The notes under the pieces are model-generated. The model was not told where the DNA came from. It did no database searches and was given only the letters and a program-made list of their open reading frames with translations. Positions 1 through 12,168 of a stretch of 64,000 nt of DNA are shown piece by piece (positions within the stretch are counted from its first letter, which is position 1; every line of letters starts with the position of its first letter). Position numbers and translations under genes: made by a program. This DNA comes from Iphione sp. A-MEVVRFRX5 (lineage: Eukaryota), in contig OZ320314.1 in NCBI GenBank assembly GCA_976226885.1, positions 76,508,001 to 76,572,000 on the forward strand, in the 5' to 3' direction.

Positions 1-215
1 GAACGACAAGCTGGTGGCCTCCCATTATACATAAAAAAAATCTTCTAAACTTTTTGAAGTTTTTTAATTGCTCTGGTTTTTAAGAAATATCATTACACTG
101 TGTAGATGCTTGCTACTACCTTATTTTTTCATTTCAAGTGATTTATAGTGTGTATTTTATTAGGTTTTAAGGTCTGGAGCTCTAAAAGCGTCTGCAGTGA
201 TCACACAGCCCAAAG

Positions 216-1473
216 TAATTAGTTCCACTTGATTGAATGGCTGGGGGAGGACCATAGTCCCCGTAGGTCCTTGTCCTCTCTCCTCTCACCCCTTTCCCCT
301 TTGATCTTGCTTTCTTGTCCTCTCCCCATGCCTTTCAAACCTTCCCTCCTTTCCCTTCCATTCCCTTGATGCCTGTTCCTTTTTCCTGGCTCTCTTGTCC
401 TTTGTCCCGTTTCCTTTCCTCCTAATTCAATTCAGGACTAATTGGTGTCTTGATTAGAGATGTTTTGTTATATTGCTTAAGCATATGAAATGAAACGGTT
501 CTCTTTCAAATTGTCTACATTTCGGGCGCATCTAGTTTGTAGATATGTCTATTAGGAGAGAGTCGACTGTAGTTTCAACTCTCTTGTCCTGTCCCATTGT
601 ACCCCACCCTCGTTCAATTCCATCCATAACCCCCTCTTCTTTAACGTATCCCTCTTGTCCCCTTTGCACTTGAGTTTTGATGCAGGAGACTGAAAACTGG
701 CTGTGTAGGAAGTACCTTTCCAGTAGGACTAAAGTTCCCCACCTCAAAGAGAGGGGGATACCTTAGGAATACTGCTAACCAACCATTCGACTTTCCATCA
801 CAGTGTTGTGGGTCTTATAACTCTAAGGCTCGGTTTCCATTTGTGCATTGGGCTGCTACTGTAGATCTATGATAGATATACAAAAGACGGCAAATTTCAT
901 GGAAAGTTAGCAAAAAAAACAGCAAAATTGATGAAGAGAAGTGAGACAATGTTAGGAATATGTAAGAAATGTCCATGCATTCCCTTGCGTGTGTGCGTGA
1001 AATTATCAGATATGTCCAATAATGAACAATGGACACTCAACACACACACACACACACACACGACACCCCCCAGTAGATTAAACCTGCCTTTAAAACGCAA
1101 GGTAATTAACACGGATGGACACCCATGCTCACATGGAAACCAGACCTAAAACCGTTTAGTCAGTTGAACTGATTTTGGTATATGATACTCATGAATATAA
1201 ACCTATGGAACTGAATAATGCTGGCAGTAGTTCAAGTATTCTATATGTAAAATTAGGTCAATTTACTGTTTTTAACACACCCACAAGTATACATAGATAG
1301 TTTGGGGATATGTAGGTCTGATAATGCACACACACACGCCCATACATGTATCCCCGTCACCACCACCACCATCACCTACTAGCTACTGGAGCAGGTTGTA
1401 TAAAATTGTGTTCACCTGGCCAGAACTAATTAGTTCCCCTTGATTGAATGGCTGGTCGGGGACAATAGTCCTC
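216..1473 (+). repeat. Dispersed 47-bp direct repeat (216-262 and 1427-1473)
   Basis: taattagttcc(a/c)cttgattgaatggctgg...atagtcc occurs twice, with 41/47 identity by manual alignment. Probably fragments of an interspersed repeat. Confidence 0.75.
1040..1061. repeat. (CA)n microsatellite
   Basis: Direct reading of the sequence. Confidence 0.95.
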
Positions 1474-2651
1474 GTCCTCGTTGATCCTTACCGCATTATA
1501 TTTCCTTTTTTGTATCAAGGTAGCATCTGCAGGAAGACAGTCATACTCTTGCCACGTCTTTTCGACTCATTATATTTCCCATAAAGAAACTTTTTCATGA
1601 TGTATCTATCACTCATACACAAATCACCTGTACACATGCATACATAACATATGTGTACGTTCTGCTTTACTGACCCGAAATTATGGCAACTGACATCTGG
1701 ATGAGTTTGTACAGGAGGTGTGTGGTTACCGATTGAATTTGTTTTTCAAGTTCAATTTCAGCTTTATTGGGTAGAAGTTTCCGACACAATGTGGAGGTTT
1801 TAAGTATAATACACATGGATTTCCAGGGCAGCTAGTTGCCCCCAGACCCATGCCATGTCAGGTCAGAGGCAGTAACTTGCCCTCTCAAAAAGTGATAACT
1901 GCGTTTATAATAATCAAAGAAAAGGAGAACAAAGCCAAAAAATAAATCATGATTAATACATGCAAATTCACATAAGCTGTGGGGCTGCATGTAACCCTCA
2001 TTCTTTGAAAATGATACGCAACCACCAGTATCAATAATGAGCTATGTCCCTGAGGTTAAATCATACATTAGACGACATAGAGACATGAGGTTATATCATT
2101 CAATAGACAGGAAAGGTCACGGTTCAAAATATATTTCCTGACTTCTTCAGTTTCAAGTGACTTTCATTCAAATGGGTGACTTCCATAGGTTTCCATGTCT
2201 GCAAGGGAAGGAGTTCAGAAAATGATTAGAAGTAGGATGAGATAGCAAGACTAGGGATGTTGGACTAGTTTTGGTATTGCTTTTCTTCTTTATATCTGTA
2301 ATGGTAGATGATCTAGAACTATAAGATCATACATAGTAAACGCAGAAAGCGTTGGTGCCTCAGCAGGAGTGGCAGGTAGTTGTGCTTTTGGAAGAAAGCT
2401 TCATTAATGTCTTTGGACCGTAGGTTCACACATTGCTTGAGTGCTTTCTTCTAACAGATAACGCTTCACTAAGAATTGATTCTTTGGCAGCATTTCACCA
2501 GTAAATGATGAATCGCGTTTGGCAGGCAATTTAGAAGGCAAACAGCACTTCACAGAGAATTGAAATACATGTACCTAATAACGCTTCACCAAAATAATTG
2601 ACCCCCTTGTTGAAATGGTATATTTCTGAACATTTCCGAACATTTACCCAA

Positions 2652-2790
2652 CAAATTTGCTGCAAATCAGTATTTTACTCTTCAAATTTCCAGAAATCAT
2701 TATATTATCATCAAATTCACCAAGAGTCAGTATTTTACACCTTAAATTTGCTGAAAATTGGATAGTTTCCCTTCAAATTTTCTACACCAA
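2652..2790. repeat. Degenerate ~30-bp tandem repeat (~5 units)
   Basis: Recurring caaattt...tcagtattttac units about 29-31 bp apart. Confidence 0.55.
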
Positions 2791-2978
2791 CGGCAGCAAT
2801 GAAGGCAAATGCAGGGAAATGCGACACACTGCAAATGCAGGTAGCTGGACACGTACCCATTAGTGAAACCCAATACACACAGATATGGAAAGTAGCCCTT
2901 AGACTGCAATGTTCAATATCTAAGGATGGATTTCCCTGTGCATGTGTAGGCATGTTTGTGAGCATGTTTTCAGCATGA

Positions 2979-3040
2979 AAAATTTAATCTGTTCTATACA
3001 CAAAATTTAATCTGTTCTATACACTAACTGTTCTATACAC
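2979..3040. repeat. 23-bp tandem duplication plus a partial third copy
   Basis: aaaatttaatctgttctatacac at 2979-3001 and 3002-3024, followed by ctgttctatacac. Confidence 0.85.
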
Positions 3041-3485
3041 ACTGTAAAGCATGTTTTGCCATGTATTTAGTTTACATATCTGTTTATAATAATTTAGTCT
3101 AAAAAACACGCCAAAACCATGGCAACATGCCCATGAAAATACGCCACACACCCCACGCTTACATGGAAACATATATGCATATTCGTGTATTTCCAAAAGC
3201 CATGCGGCAAATATGCCTACACACTCCTTGCTGACACATATGCATGGAAACCCAGCATACAGCTGTGAAATGGTTCCATATTTTGTATGGGCTTCTATAA
3301 CAAATTTCCACCATTGTTGCATAAAGCCCCAAGGTAATATTGAAATATGGAGTTTCTAATAGGCCTAAGCAAATATGATCTGTGCATTTTCTGCTGTGGT
3401 TGAGTAGGTGTATTTGTTCATAAATACAGATATGACAAGCTTCCTTGTATTATTTTGAAATGTAGTTGCTTATCTTTGTCTCCAG

Positions 3486-4304
3486 ACTCGTCGACAACGT
3501 GCAATACAAGAGATCGTGCGAATCCTTAGACCTGGCGGACAAGCTTTGATTTATGTGTGGGCGCTGGAACAAGAGAAAGATAACATTAAGTCGAACTATT
3601 TGAAAGCATCCAGGATTGAAATGAAAGACGTCCTCAAGTCATCAGAGGAGAAATATCTTTGTGTTCAGAATGACATACTGTCTACCAGCGAGAGCGGTTG
3701 CCATGATGCTGAAAACATGACACCTGCGGCGCATCTGCTACCAAATGAATCGACCAAAGGGTGTTCGAACATAATTCAGAATGTAACCAAATGCGCCGCT
3801 GCGGATCCAGAAATAACCTCATTCAGTGATGATGACAATGTCATAACTGCCCTCAGCTCATTGAGACCTTGTTCGTCAGGTGGCGCCACTGTGACAGGAG
3901 GTCCACCAGATGGCCATACTGTGTCGCCCGACCAAGGCCCTCGGTGCGCCACGGCGGAGGTGGTGGCGGGAGCGACCCCAGCAGCGCCCGTCGGGGGTGG
4001 CCACCGAGGGGGCGGATCTAGCGGGCAGGAGGCCGTGTCGTCATTGGTAGTGCACGTTAACCGCACGCACTTTGAGAACCAGGACCTGCTGGTGCCCTGG
4101 CACAGTAAAGCGACACCAAAAAAGTCCATCGAGACATCCCTAGTCGCGGCGGACAAAGATAAAGTGCTGCACAGGTTTTATCACGTCTTCCAAGAGGGTG
4201 AACTAGAAAAGTTGTGTGACACTGTTCCCGCGGTGAGGGTGAAAGAGTCTTACTATGATAAAGGCAACTGGTGTGTTGTAATTGAGAAAGAGGCCGGAGA
4301 TTAA
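3486..4304 (+). CDS. ALKBH8: Terminal coding exon of ALKBH8 (Trm9-type tRNA wobble-uridine methyltransferase domain, C-terminal part)
   Basis: Acceptor tctttgtctccag ends at 3485. The phase-0 exon reads TRRQRAIQEIVRILRPGGQALIYVWALEQ...VHVNRTHFENQDLLVPWH...HRFYHVFQEGEL...ESYYDKGNWCVVIEK-stop, matching the C-terminal motifs of animal ALKBH8. I found no upstream exons in the window. Confidence 0.9.
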   Translation, partial: TRRQRAIQEIVRILRPGGQALIYVWALEQEKDNIKSNYLKASRIEMKDVLKSSEEKYLCVQNDILSTSESGCHDAENMTPAAHLLPNESTKGCSNIIQNVTKCAAADPEITSFSDDDNVITALSSLRPCSSGGATVTGGPPDGHTVSPDQGPRCATAEVVAGATPAAPVGGGHRGGGSSGQEAVSSLVVHVNRTHFENQDLLVPWHSKATPKKSIETSLVAADKDKVLHRFYHVFQEGELEKLCDTVPAVRVKESYYDKGNWCVVIEKEAGD

Positions 4305-6249
4305 AGCTCTACGAAATTTAAGACGAGAGTTCATTTGATTATTAAAAAAAGTATTTATATGCATGTATGTAGCAAACTTCTATATTGCGACAGCCCTAAG
4401 ATATACATGTACTGGCAGTTATGGAACTGCACGTGTTGTCATAGATCTGTCTGTATAACAATCATTTATGTAGATGTAATTAAGTTCTCACTCTTATAAA
4501 ATGACATGCATCCAGAAGGAAAATGCTCATAAAGCGAATTGTGTATAGTCCATAAAGCACCTTTTTTTACTTTATTACCATAGCGTTCCAGCTTATCGCA
4601 TGCAGTACATCAGGCGACACGGTTATGTCGATTGTAAAGAGGTTGACAGTAAAAGAAGCATTTAATAGTTTTACAGAGCTTATAAAGGAAGTCTGTTGGG
4701 CCTGTTTGGTGTCAATAATGGAAAATAGGCCTTCTTTATCGACTAAAAGAAACATGTACGTGATTATTTTCCAGTATCATGTCTAACCACCCCATTTGCC
4801 CACAAGTACCATGTGTCCCACATAAATTGTCCTGTTTCAGTTTATTACATTTTTTAACTTTCCGCCTTTCTTGTCAACATATTCTGAAAATGCATTCTTT
4901 TCTACCTGACCCTGCAGGCTCACATATCAATGTAAACCTGATTATTATCGGTAGAATAAATTAACAAATACCACGTCCACGGTTAAGATAAATAGCTTAA
5001 AAAGACTATGTGATAGCTTTCCTTTACAATGGCAACGCAAACACCATGAGCTCTTTGCGACAGTTGGTATGCTCAAGACACCGTGACATTTTCTTTCTTA
5101 TCCCTCCCGTCTCGCTGTTCTTACGTGACATTATTGCGGGGTGCCCCGTTCACATCGTCCTAACGTTTTCTCGGTACTCTATCAATCGACAGTCCTTTTT
5201 TTAAAGCCGATCAGTAGGATCTGATAATATTGGCGTAGCTCGCTTGCGTCTTTGCTTTTTAGATGGCTTTCTTACGTCATGCGACGGGCCTACGTGATTA
5301 AAATGGCATATGTCGATTTTGTCTGAAGCAGTCTTTGGGATGGACGTTGTTTCAGAATGGAGCCGCGAAGAGTCGCGTAAAGTTGTTCCGTAACCTTTGA
5401 AGGTCACCAAGGCTTCCGCTTACGCTTGCGTAGACGCGGGGCGGAAGTGGTCGCGACGACACTGCCCCAACCGTCTACGTCGGTACCTATTCGGTACCAA
5501 TATGCAGTTCGTCTGTCAACTTTATGCAGAGTTTCCCGGAGCCCGAGGTGACGTACAGTCTGTAGATCAAGATAGCTGTTTTGATTTGTATACAAGGTTG
5601 TGTTGGCGTTTCGCTGTGCAATATTATACATTGATAAATCTGAAGCAAAATACACCGTAGAAATACTAGCAACTTCCATCCCCATTCCCTCTACAGTCAA
5701 ATGCGTCGCCCTTTGTTTTTTTGCCAATCCCTTGTCTGTAAGGCCTCAGTACTGACGAGGCTGTTCCGCTAATAAAACTGTGGAAGGTGCTGGTCTGTAT
5801 CTGCCCGTCATTCAGTTGTACATTTAGATGTACCGGTATATGTATACATGTACATGCATATACAAGGCTGATGTATGCAGCCACCATTCTGTCCCTATAA
5901 GTTGGTTAACTTTTCTTTTTTTTCTGCTTGGTGTTACAAGTTCTCTTCATTTAGATACATATCCTAGCCCGTGATGGATCTAGAAGGTTAGTCCAAGTAA
6001 CAATGTTAGCGGAAAACTTCAGAACCCTAGAGAGGCACAGTTGCGGCTTGGCGAGACACGGGGCAAATGTTTAACGGTTTTACATCCTCAACCCTGAGTC
6101 TGCCCCTCTTAGCACTAACAGTTACTCACCACACCTCTTGTTATGATCATGTAGTACTAGCTCTGGTCGTGCTGCAAGAATCCACGTCTAGTACTACAGG
6201 TAGTTCCTCACTCCTACAGCCCCCACCAAATCAAAGATGGTGACCGCGC

Positions 6250-6271
6250 CTCCACTTTATATAAAGTGGAG
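6250..6271. repeat. Perfect 22-bp palindrome CTCCACTTTATATAAAGTGGAG
   Basis: The sequence equals its own reverse complement. Confidence 0.95.
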
Positions 6272-7247
6272 TACCTAGCCATATGGCCGTCATGTCAACG
6301 ATGTCCGCGCTAAAGGAAGATCCACTGATTTTCCGTGGTGAAATTGTCACTGTGTGGCATGTCACCGGGTGCACATGTAATGACCAGATCTGTTGAAATA
6401 ACCGGACGTTGCCATACTGTCCCGCCACGGTAAACGAGGAAGTGCCCTCGGGGGGACGAGGACTAAAGCTGAGGCCATGTACAACACACGGGTGTATCTA
6501 ACTGAACTGATTTTGACTGGTTACCTCGTTATTCAGCAACAGTCAAAATTTGTTAAAATCATTTATGAAATATTTGAGAAAAATAGGTGAGCTCTATATT
6601 TACTTCAACTCAAAACGGGCCATGCGAGTTTTATATAAGTCAGCTCTTCTGGGATTAGAGATGAAAAATCATCCACTGTTCAAGAGTTTATTTCCACACC
6701 TCTTAGGTAAATCCAAGATTACACATTGAGATCTCCCAGCAGAAACAACAATACATAGACTTATGTAGACATATACACAAAAGGATGACGCTTCGTACAC
6801 AAACATTACAGCATTGATACAAGTTGTTTCTTTGTTAATTCCTCTTCTTTGGAATATGAAGCAGGCCCGTATCCAAGGGGATATCGGGGGTATCGCCTGA
6901 TACCCCCCCACAAAAGCCAGGAGTCCCACCTGATTGCCATATTGACCACTTCTTCTGTCCGCAGAGTATATAGCCCAAAAACATATCTGTAAGTCTGCTA
7001 AGTTGAGAATTTATCCAAGAATTAATAAGATAGTACTGATATTTAAAATTCTGAAGAGAGTTCCACCTCTCTAACCAGAAGTTCCACCTCTCTAGTTTCA
7101 GATACTCCTCACAAAAGTTCCTGGCTATGGACCGGTGAAGTGAGTTTCACATTTGAGACCCCTGGTACAAGAAACTCTGGTGATGGAGACTGCTGTTATG
7201 ACTGCCTTAGTGGCAACACACCTCCAACACTTTGTCTAGTTTTCTTA

Positions 7248-7821
7248 GGCCCGGTTTCCTTACCTGCGGTGCCATCCGGGGGCGTTGGGGTGTGGTGAAT
7301 TATGTCATTATTGGGATGTAGGCAAACAGTGAGATGGTTTTCTTACCTGCGGTGACCTGCGGGTGTGGTGACCTGCGGTGCCCGTTTTCGGACCTGGTTC
7401 GTAAATTTGCCGCAGACGGACACCAACGCACAGTAACGCATGCCTATTTCTTCATATTTACTCACTTATACTCACTTTTGGATGCGACTACTGCACAAGT
7501 CTGCACATGTTGGTTTAGTTTTTTTTTTAATTTTTCCGCACAATTTTGCCGTTTTTCAGCCGAATTTGCATGAAGTAAGCCGTTTTTCGGCCGAATTTGC
7601 ATGAAATAAGTGGTTTTCAACCCAGTTTGCATGTAATTTGCTGTTTTTCGGTGTTTTTTGGGCCATTTTTGTATTTTTTTGCTTGGTTTCACGCACACAA
7701 ACGCACACATGATCAGGGACACCCCTCTGCGGGAGACTGCGGGAAATAAAAAAACGCATGGTGACGCACATGGACACCTCCGCAGTCTGCCACAGCTCAA
7801 CGCATGTAAGGAAACCGGGCC
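7248..7821. mobile_element. Non-autonomous PIF/Harbinger-type (Tourist-like) MITE
   Basis: TIRs GGCCCGGTTTCCTTAC(C/A)TGCG at both ends. TTA on both sides (7245-7247, 7822-7824), the typical 3-bp Harbinger TSD. Internal ~32-bp tandem repeats at ~7550-7650. No ORF. Confidence 0.85.
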
Positions 7822-7949
7822 TTACACTTCACTTGATAACGGCACTCACCAATCCTCACCAGATTCTGCATGAGCATCAGCGATTGCCTCTCACCTCTTT
7901 CCTTTATGGAGGTTAACCCTGCAGCATTTCTTAGACGAGACATCGACTC

Positions 7950-9230
7950 ACAGTGACCCTAGTAGTACATGTACTAACTTCAACATTCTATTCACTTCTG
8001 TTATTCATCCAAGAGGAGCTTGTTACTGTACATCATTATCGGCAGCCCGTAATCTCTCAGAAGCAGGAATGCGTTGAAAAGCCTCACTCTCTCCCTAAAC
8101 TTGAGGGGGCAGACCAACTTGGATAGTAGATATCCCCTTTAGCATAGTCGGCTCTTAACCATTGCACAATGTGACTTCCAGTTAACTTCATTGTCCTCCA
8201 TGTACCATAGTAACTTGAAACTATCTACCTTCTGTACTGCCATTCCATTCAATCTTAAGTCATAGTTGTTAGCTCAGTGGTAGAGCACTGGTCCACTGAC
8301 TGAGAGGTTCCAGGTTCAATCCTAGGCCTGGAACTCTTGATCAAGACCAGACAGATTTACTGTAGCCTCATCCCAGAGTGGTCCACTTGTAAAAAAGCCA
8401 TGTACAGGATTTTGGGTGTACAGGATTTTGTCCCCTATGCACAAAAAGACCCCAGAAACCTATTCAAAATAAGAGTAGGGGGCAACAGGTATTCTGGTCT
8501 CAATTCTCAATAATACATGGTAGTATGCTACCCAGGAGGATATGGAAGATCCCTGTGATATGATAGGTGAATATATTCCTGGTAAATGATACAATGAAAT
8601 GAAATGAATGACCTACCAAATACCATGTGCATGTATGGTGTTTTAGCCTCATTCAGACAGTCCATTTGATACACACCAGCTCTGGATATCATTCACAATA
8701 GCTTGCAACTTTAACATTAGTGTTATACTGGGTTTCAAGCTTTGCACACCATTGTCACGTCATCCACGTAGATGATGTCCCCTCCTTGTCTCAAACAGTC
8801 AGGCAGCCCGATAATGATGATTTGTGAACAGCAAAAGCCCCATAAGGCTTTATTGGGGGCACTCCTTGCCTTATGGGCATGCCGTCTGAGCTATGGACAT
8901 TACACTTGACAAATTGTATACACCAGCTCAAGTATGAATCAAACCACTGTAGTGATCTAACTCCTAGTCCCACTCGACTCCGTTGTTGCCAAAGAGTATA
9001 ATGTTCTATGGTGTCAGAAACTTTTCATCATCTCATAGTAGACCGTGCCCACATGGTAAACCTGATCTAGGCTATCATAGAGTTCTCGAAGTAGTGCAGC
9101 TACAGCCGTCACTGTTCCCTTTTTCGGTTGGAAGCCATGTTAAAGTAGTGCAATACATGTACACATATTCTAATGGCTGGTCACGGGCAATGTCACGGGA
9201 GAACAGACTAATATGGATCGGTACCTGCAT
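7950..9230 (-). pseudogene. Decayed LINE (CR1/L2-group-like) reverse transcriptase fragment, interrupted by a SINE
   Basis: Minus-strand remnants in RT order: RYRSILV (NYRPIS-like), GFQPKKGT, LQWFDSYLS...RQGVP, IIYVDD, LQAIVNDIQSWCVSNGL, LRLNG...VDSFKLL. Many stops and frameshifts. Confidence 0.75.
8265..8610 (+). mobile_element. tRNA-derived SINE
   Basis: Pol III A-box TAGCTCAGTGGTAGAGCA and B-box GGTTCAATCC at the 5' end, a ~280-bp body, and an (AAATG)n tail at ~8593-8610. It lies inside the LINE remnant. Confidence 0.75.
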
Positions 9231-12067
9231 GTTAGGTACTGCCTATTCTTCGAGTTGAAGCATTATAGATTCCAGGGTTTACACATTTTTCTGTCGAGAG
9301 GGGTTTTAACCTGAACATCATGGATTACCGCTGTTAAGTGCTGACCATTAAATCTACCCATTCACAGTTAGTTCATCAGACAGATGTGGTTTCCATGGAT
9401 TTTCCACGGGCTCAGTCGGTAGTATAATCTTATTTACTTAACATGAATTTGAGATTTGGATATTTTCATTTATCCTATTATTAATCATGCACACGTGTTG
9501 TCCTTACGGCCCACTGACGCAGGTATGTGTATATGTGTGCTCGAAATCCCCCGGTACATCAAAACATCTCAACGTCTCGTTTGCTTTTTTATTATTTTTA
9601 CGATCACTATTGAATTTGTATTTGTGAGTGATTTGGAAACATTGAAAATAACACTCCCTCCTTATTTCATACGTCAAGTCGCAGCATGATTCGCGGGTTT
9701 CCCCGCACATAGTACTGCAGAAGGTACATTCCCACGTTAGATTGCAGGGCTAGTGCTAAAAACATGAATGCGGTCGTGTTCCTTGGGTGCTGGCCTGAGC
9801 CCAGGCCCTTGCCGTCTCCATCCCCAATGCTGGCCGCAAGGAGGGCGTTTCCCCGCCGGAGGATCAGGTATACCGCCGTGCAGATAGTGTTGAATAATGT
9901 TCGCAGGTGGTGTTGGGGTTGGCGGCGGCAATGATGGTAGTAGTGGCGGAGGCTGTGGCGGAGAGTGATAATCTATGGAACAGTGGCAGCCCAGACACGA
10001 GCTAATCAATATCGGCCATGCTAATTATGCTTCGGTGAGCTGCTCGCCCCGATGCCACTTCTATCGGCGGAGTGTGGTTCACTCCCGATAGGTGGTGGCG
10101 GGCGGCCGCTCTTCACCCGCCCGTACAAACGCGAGCTGAATAACTCGAGCTGCTCCCCGACCATCTACTCGTCCAGCTCTCTTCGCCACCCACAGTGTGG
10201 CTCCATGTAGAACGCCGCCTTACTAGCAAGGGCTCGACTGCCTGCCCGGAACTAGTTCTCCGACAGAGCGCTGCGTTGTCACCTACACACAGAGGCACAG
10301 ACATCCTTACCTACATGCGTATTGTAGTCTGGTCAGAGACACTCGTCATAGAAATATGCACATCCTCTCAGAACGTTAAATGAGTTCTGTTGATATTATC
10401 CCGTACTTACTTAATAGCATTATATTTTGAGATACATGTACATGTAACGCACGCTTTTAAATTTTGCCAATGTGCTCTGAATTGAGCTCCATATATAGGT
10501 CCATAGATTCATGGGTGTATCTACATCAATGATATTAGTATACACAAAAATAGTCACCTGTGTGCTATGAATGAATATTCATGTATGTACATGTATATGC
10601 ACATGTATCTATGCACATGTACATACATTGTCCAAGAGGACAATGCAGCGACTAGGTATAAACAGACATTACCCACCCCCCACCCTGAATCTCCTTTCCT
10701 GTGTCCTTTCTGTACTTATATCTCAACCCAGCCCATCATGCTCTGTAATTCTGTGCACTAAGGAACAATCAGCGACTACAAACTCCATCTTTGAATTATG
10801 CATAAAATATCTACCCCAGGGTGCGACCGCCGTGAATTCCTGTCCATGATGGATGTCTCTTCCCATGGTATTTTTCACGTATTTATATAGTTACAGTGGC
10901 CTCTGATTTGTGTGTCCGGCGGCAGGACCCCAGGGATCACTTATTGCCTATTCAGATACGCAGCACCAGTACCAGACGTTTGCCATTCAAACTCCATTGT
11001 TCCCGTCAGTTGGTATTATCGTTCGTTTATTGGCAGCGACGGTATATTTACTTTTACACAAGTTAAAATGTTTATGAACACATTACCGCTCTTCACGAAA
11101 TGTTCTTGACGTCACTATAGAAATAGTAATCTTGTTACGCGATCATAATGCGTTACCCAACTCTTTAATCGAGTTGTATTCCGTATGCAGTACCATTCAT
11201 TTAGCAGGTAGGATGATATGCAGTTATCGGTCAGTTTTGAAAATTTGAATCGCCTCATGACCAACTCCTCACTCCAACCACATACATGTACATGGACATG
11301 TACTATTATCCTAACCACCCACCCATACCGTAAAGCCCCCTCCCACAAACCGCTACCAGGCGGACAGCCGCCGACAACTCCGACGATGGCGCTCTATCTA
11401 GGCGTGACCCGAAGTGAACTGAGACCGAGGTACAATCTCATCATTGTACATGCTGCCTTCTACTCCTCCTGCTCCTCCCCCAGCTCGTCCTGCTGTCGCC
11501 TAACCCCATCCCAACACCTCCCCGAGCCACCCCCGCCCCCATGCCCCTCGCCCCCTCCCCGTTAGCCCGCCGCCTCGTCCCGCCTCCCGCCGCCCACCGC
11601 CCCGGTGCCATGCCCGCACCGGGCCACCTTGCTAGGCGGAGCCCGTGCGTGCAGGCGCGGAATACGGTTCCATGTTGTTGCCGGCGGCGCGGGAGGTGCC
11701 CAATGCTATTGAATGATGCTGCCGTTTGTAGCAGTGCCCCAACTGCTACTGGTCCTTCTGCTACGGCTGCGGCTGCTGTTGCTGCTACTGCTTCTGCTGC
11801 TGGAGCAGCTGTTGTTGTTTCGAATGTCGGCCCTCCTCTTAGTCGGCATCAATCCAGAAACACCCAGTGTACACTACAGAAGTACTAGAATTGAAGTTAT
11901 TTGTAGGAGGGAAACGTTGACACACTGGCGCAAAAACAGAGAGAAATCTCAGCTCAATTGCTTGTGATGATGACCTATTTTAAATTCTGGATGATAAATT
12001 ACACAAAACATATTATAGTGACAAGTCTCGCAGGCAGTCAACCACGGATCCAAGCCAAGTTTGACCA

Positions 12068-12167
12068 TAATGTGGGCCAATTGGAAGGCGTTATAATTGG
12101 CGGTCATTGACGGGGGGCGGGGGTGGGCGAGCGAGGGTCATTCTCGCTTGCCTCGTGGTGCCGACAA
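12068..12167 (+). repeat. Split direct repeat A1 (identical copy A2 at 16342-16441)
   Basis: 100-bp exact repeat containing CCAAT and TTATAA motifs. Confidence 0.95.
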
Positions 12168-12168
12168 C

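Noticed and set aside
8265-8340. tRNA gene
   Set aside because: A/B boxes are present, but there is no convincing acceptor stem or anticodon arm and no poly-T terminator. It continues into a body and simple-repeat tail, so it is called a SINE.
12097-12168. ORF-track TTG start for gag
   Set aside because: It lies inside repeat A1. The ATG at 12169, directly after the repeat, is the more plausible start.
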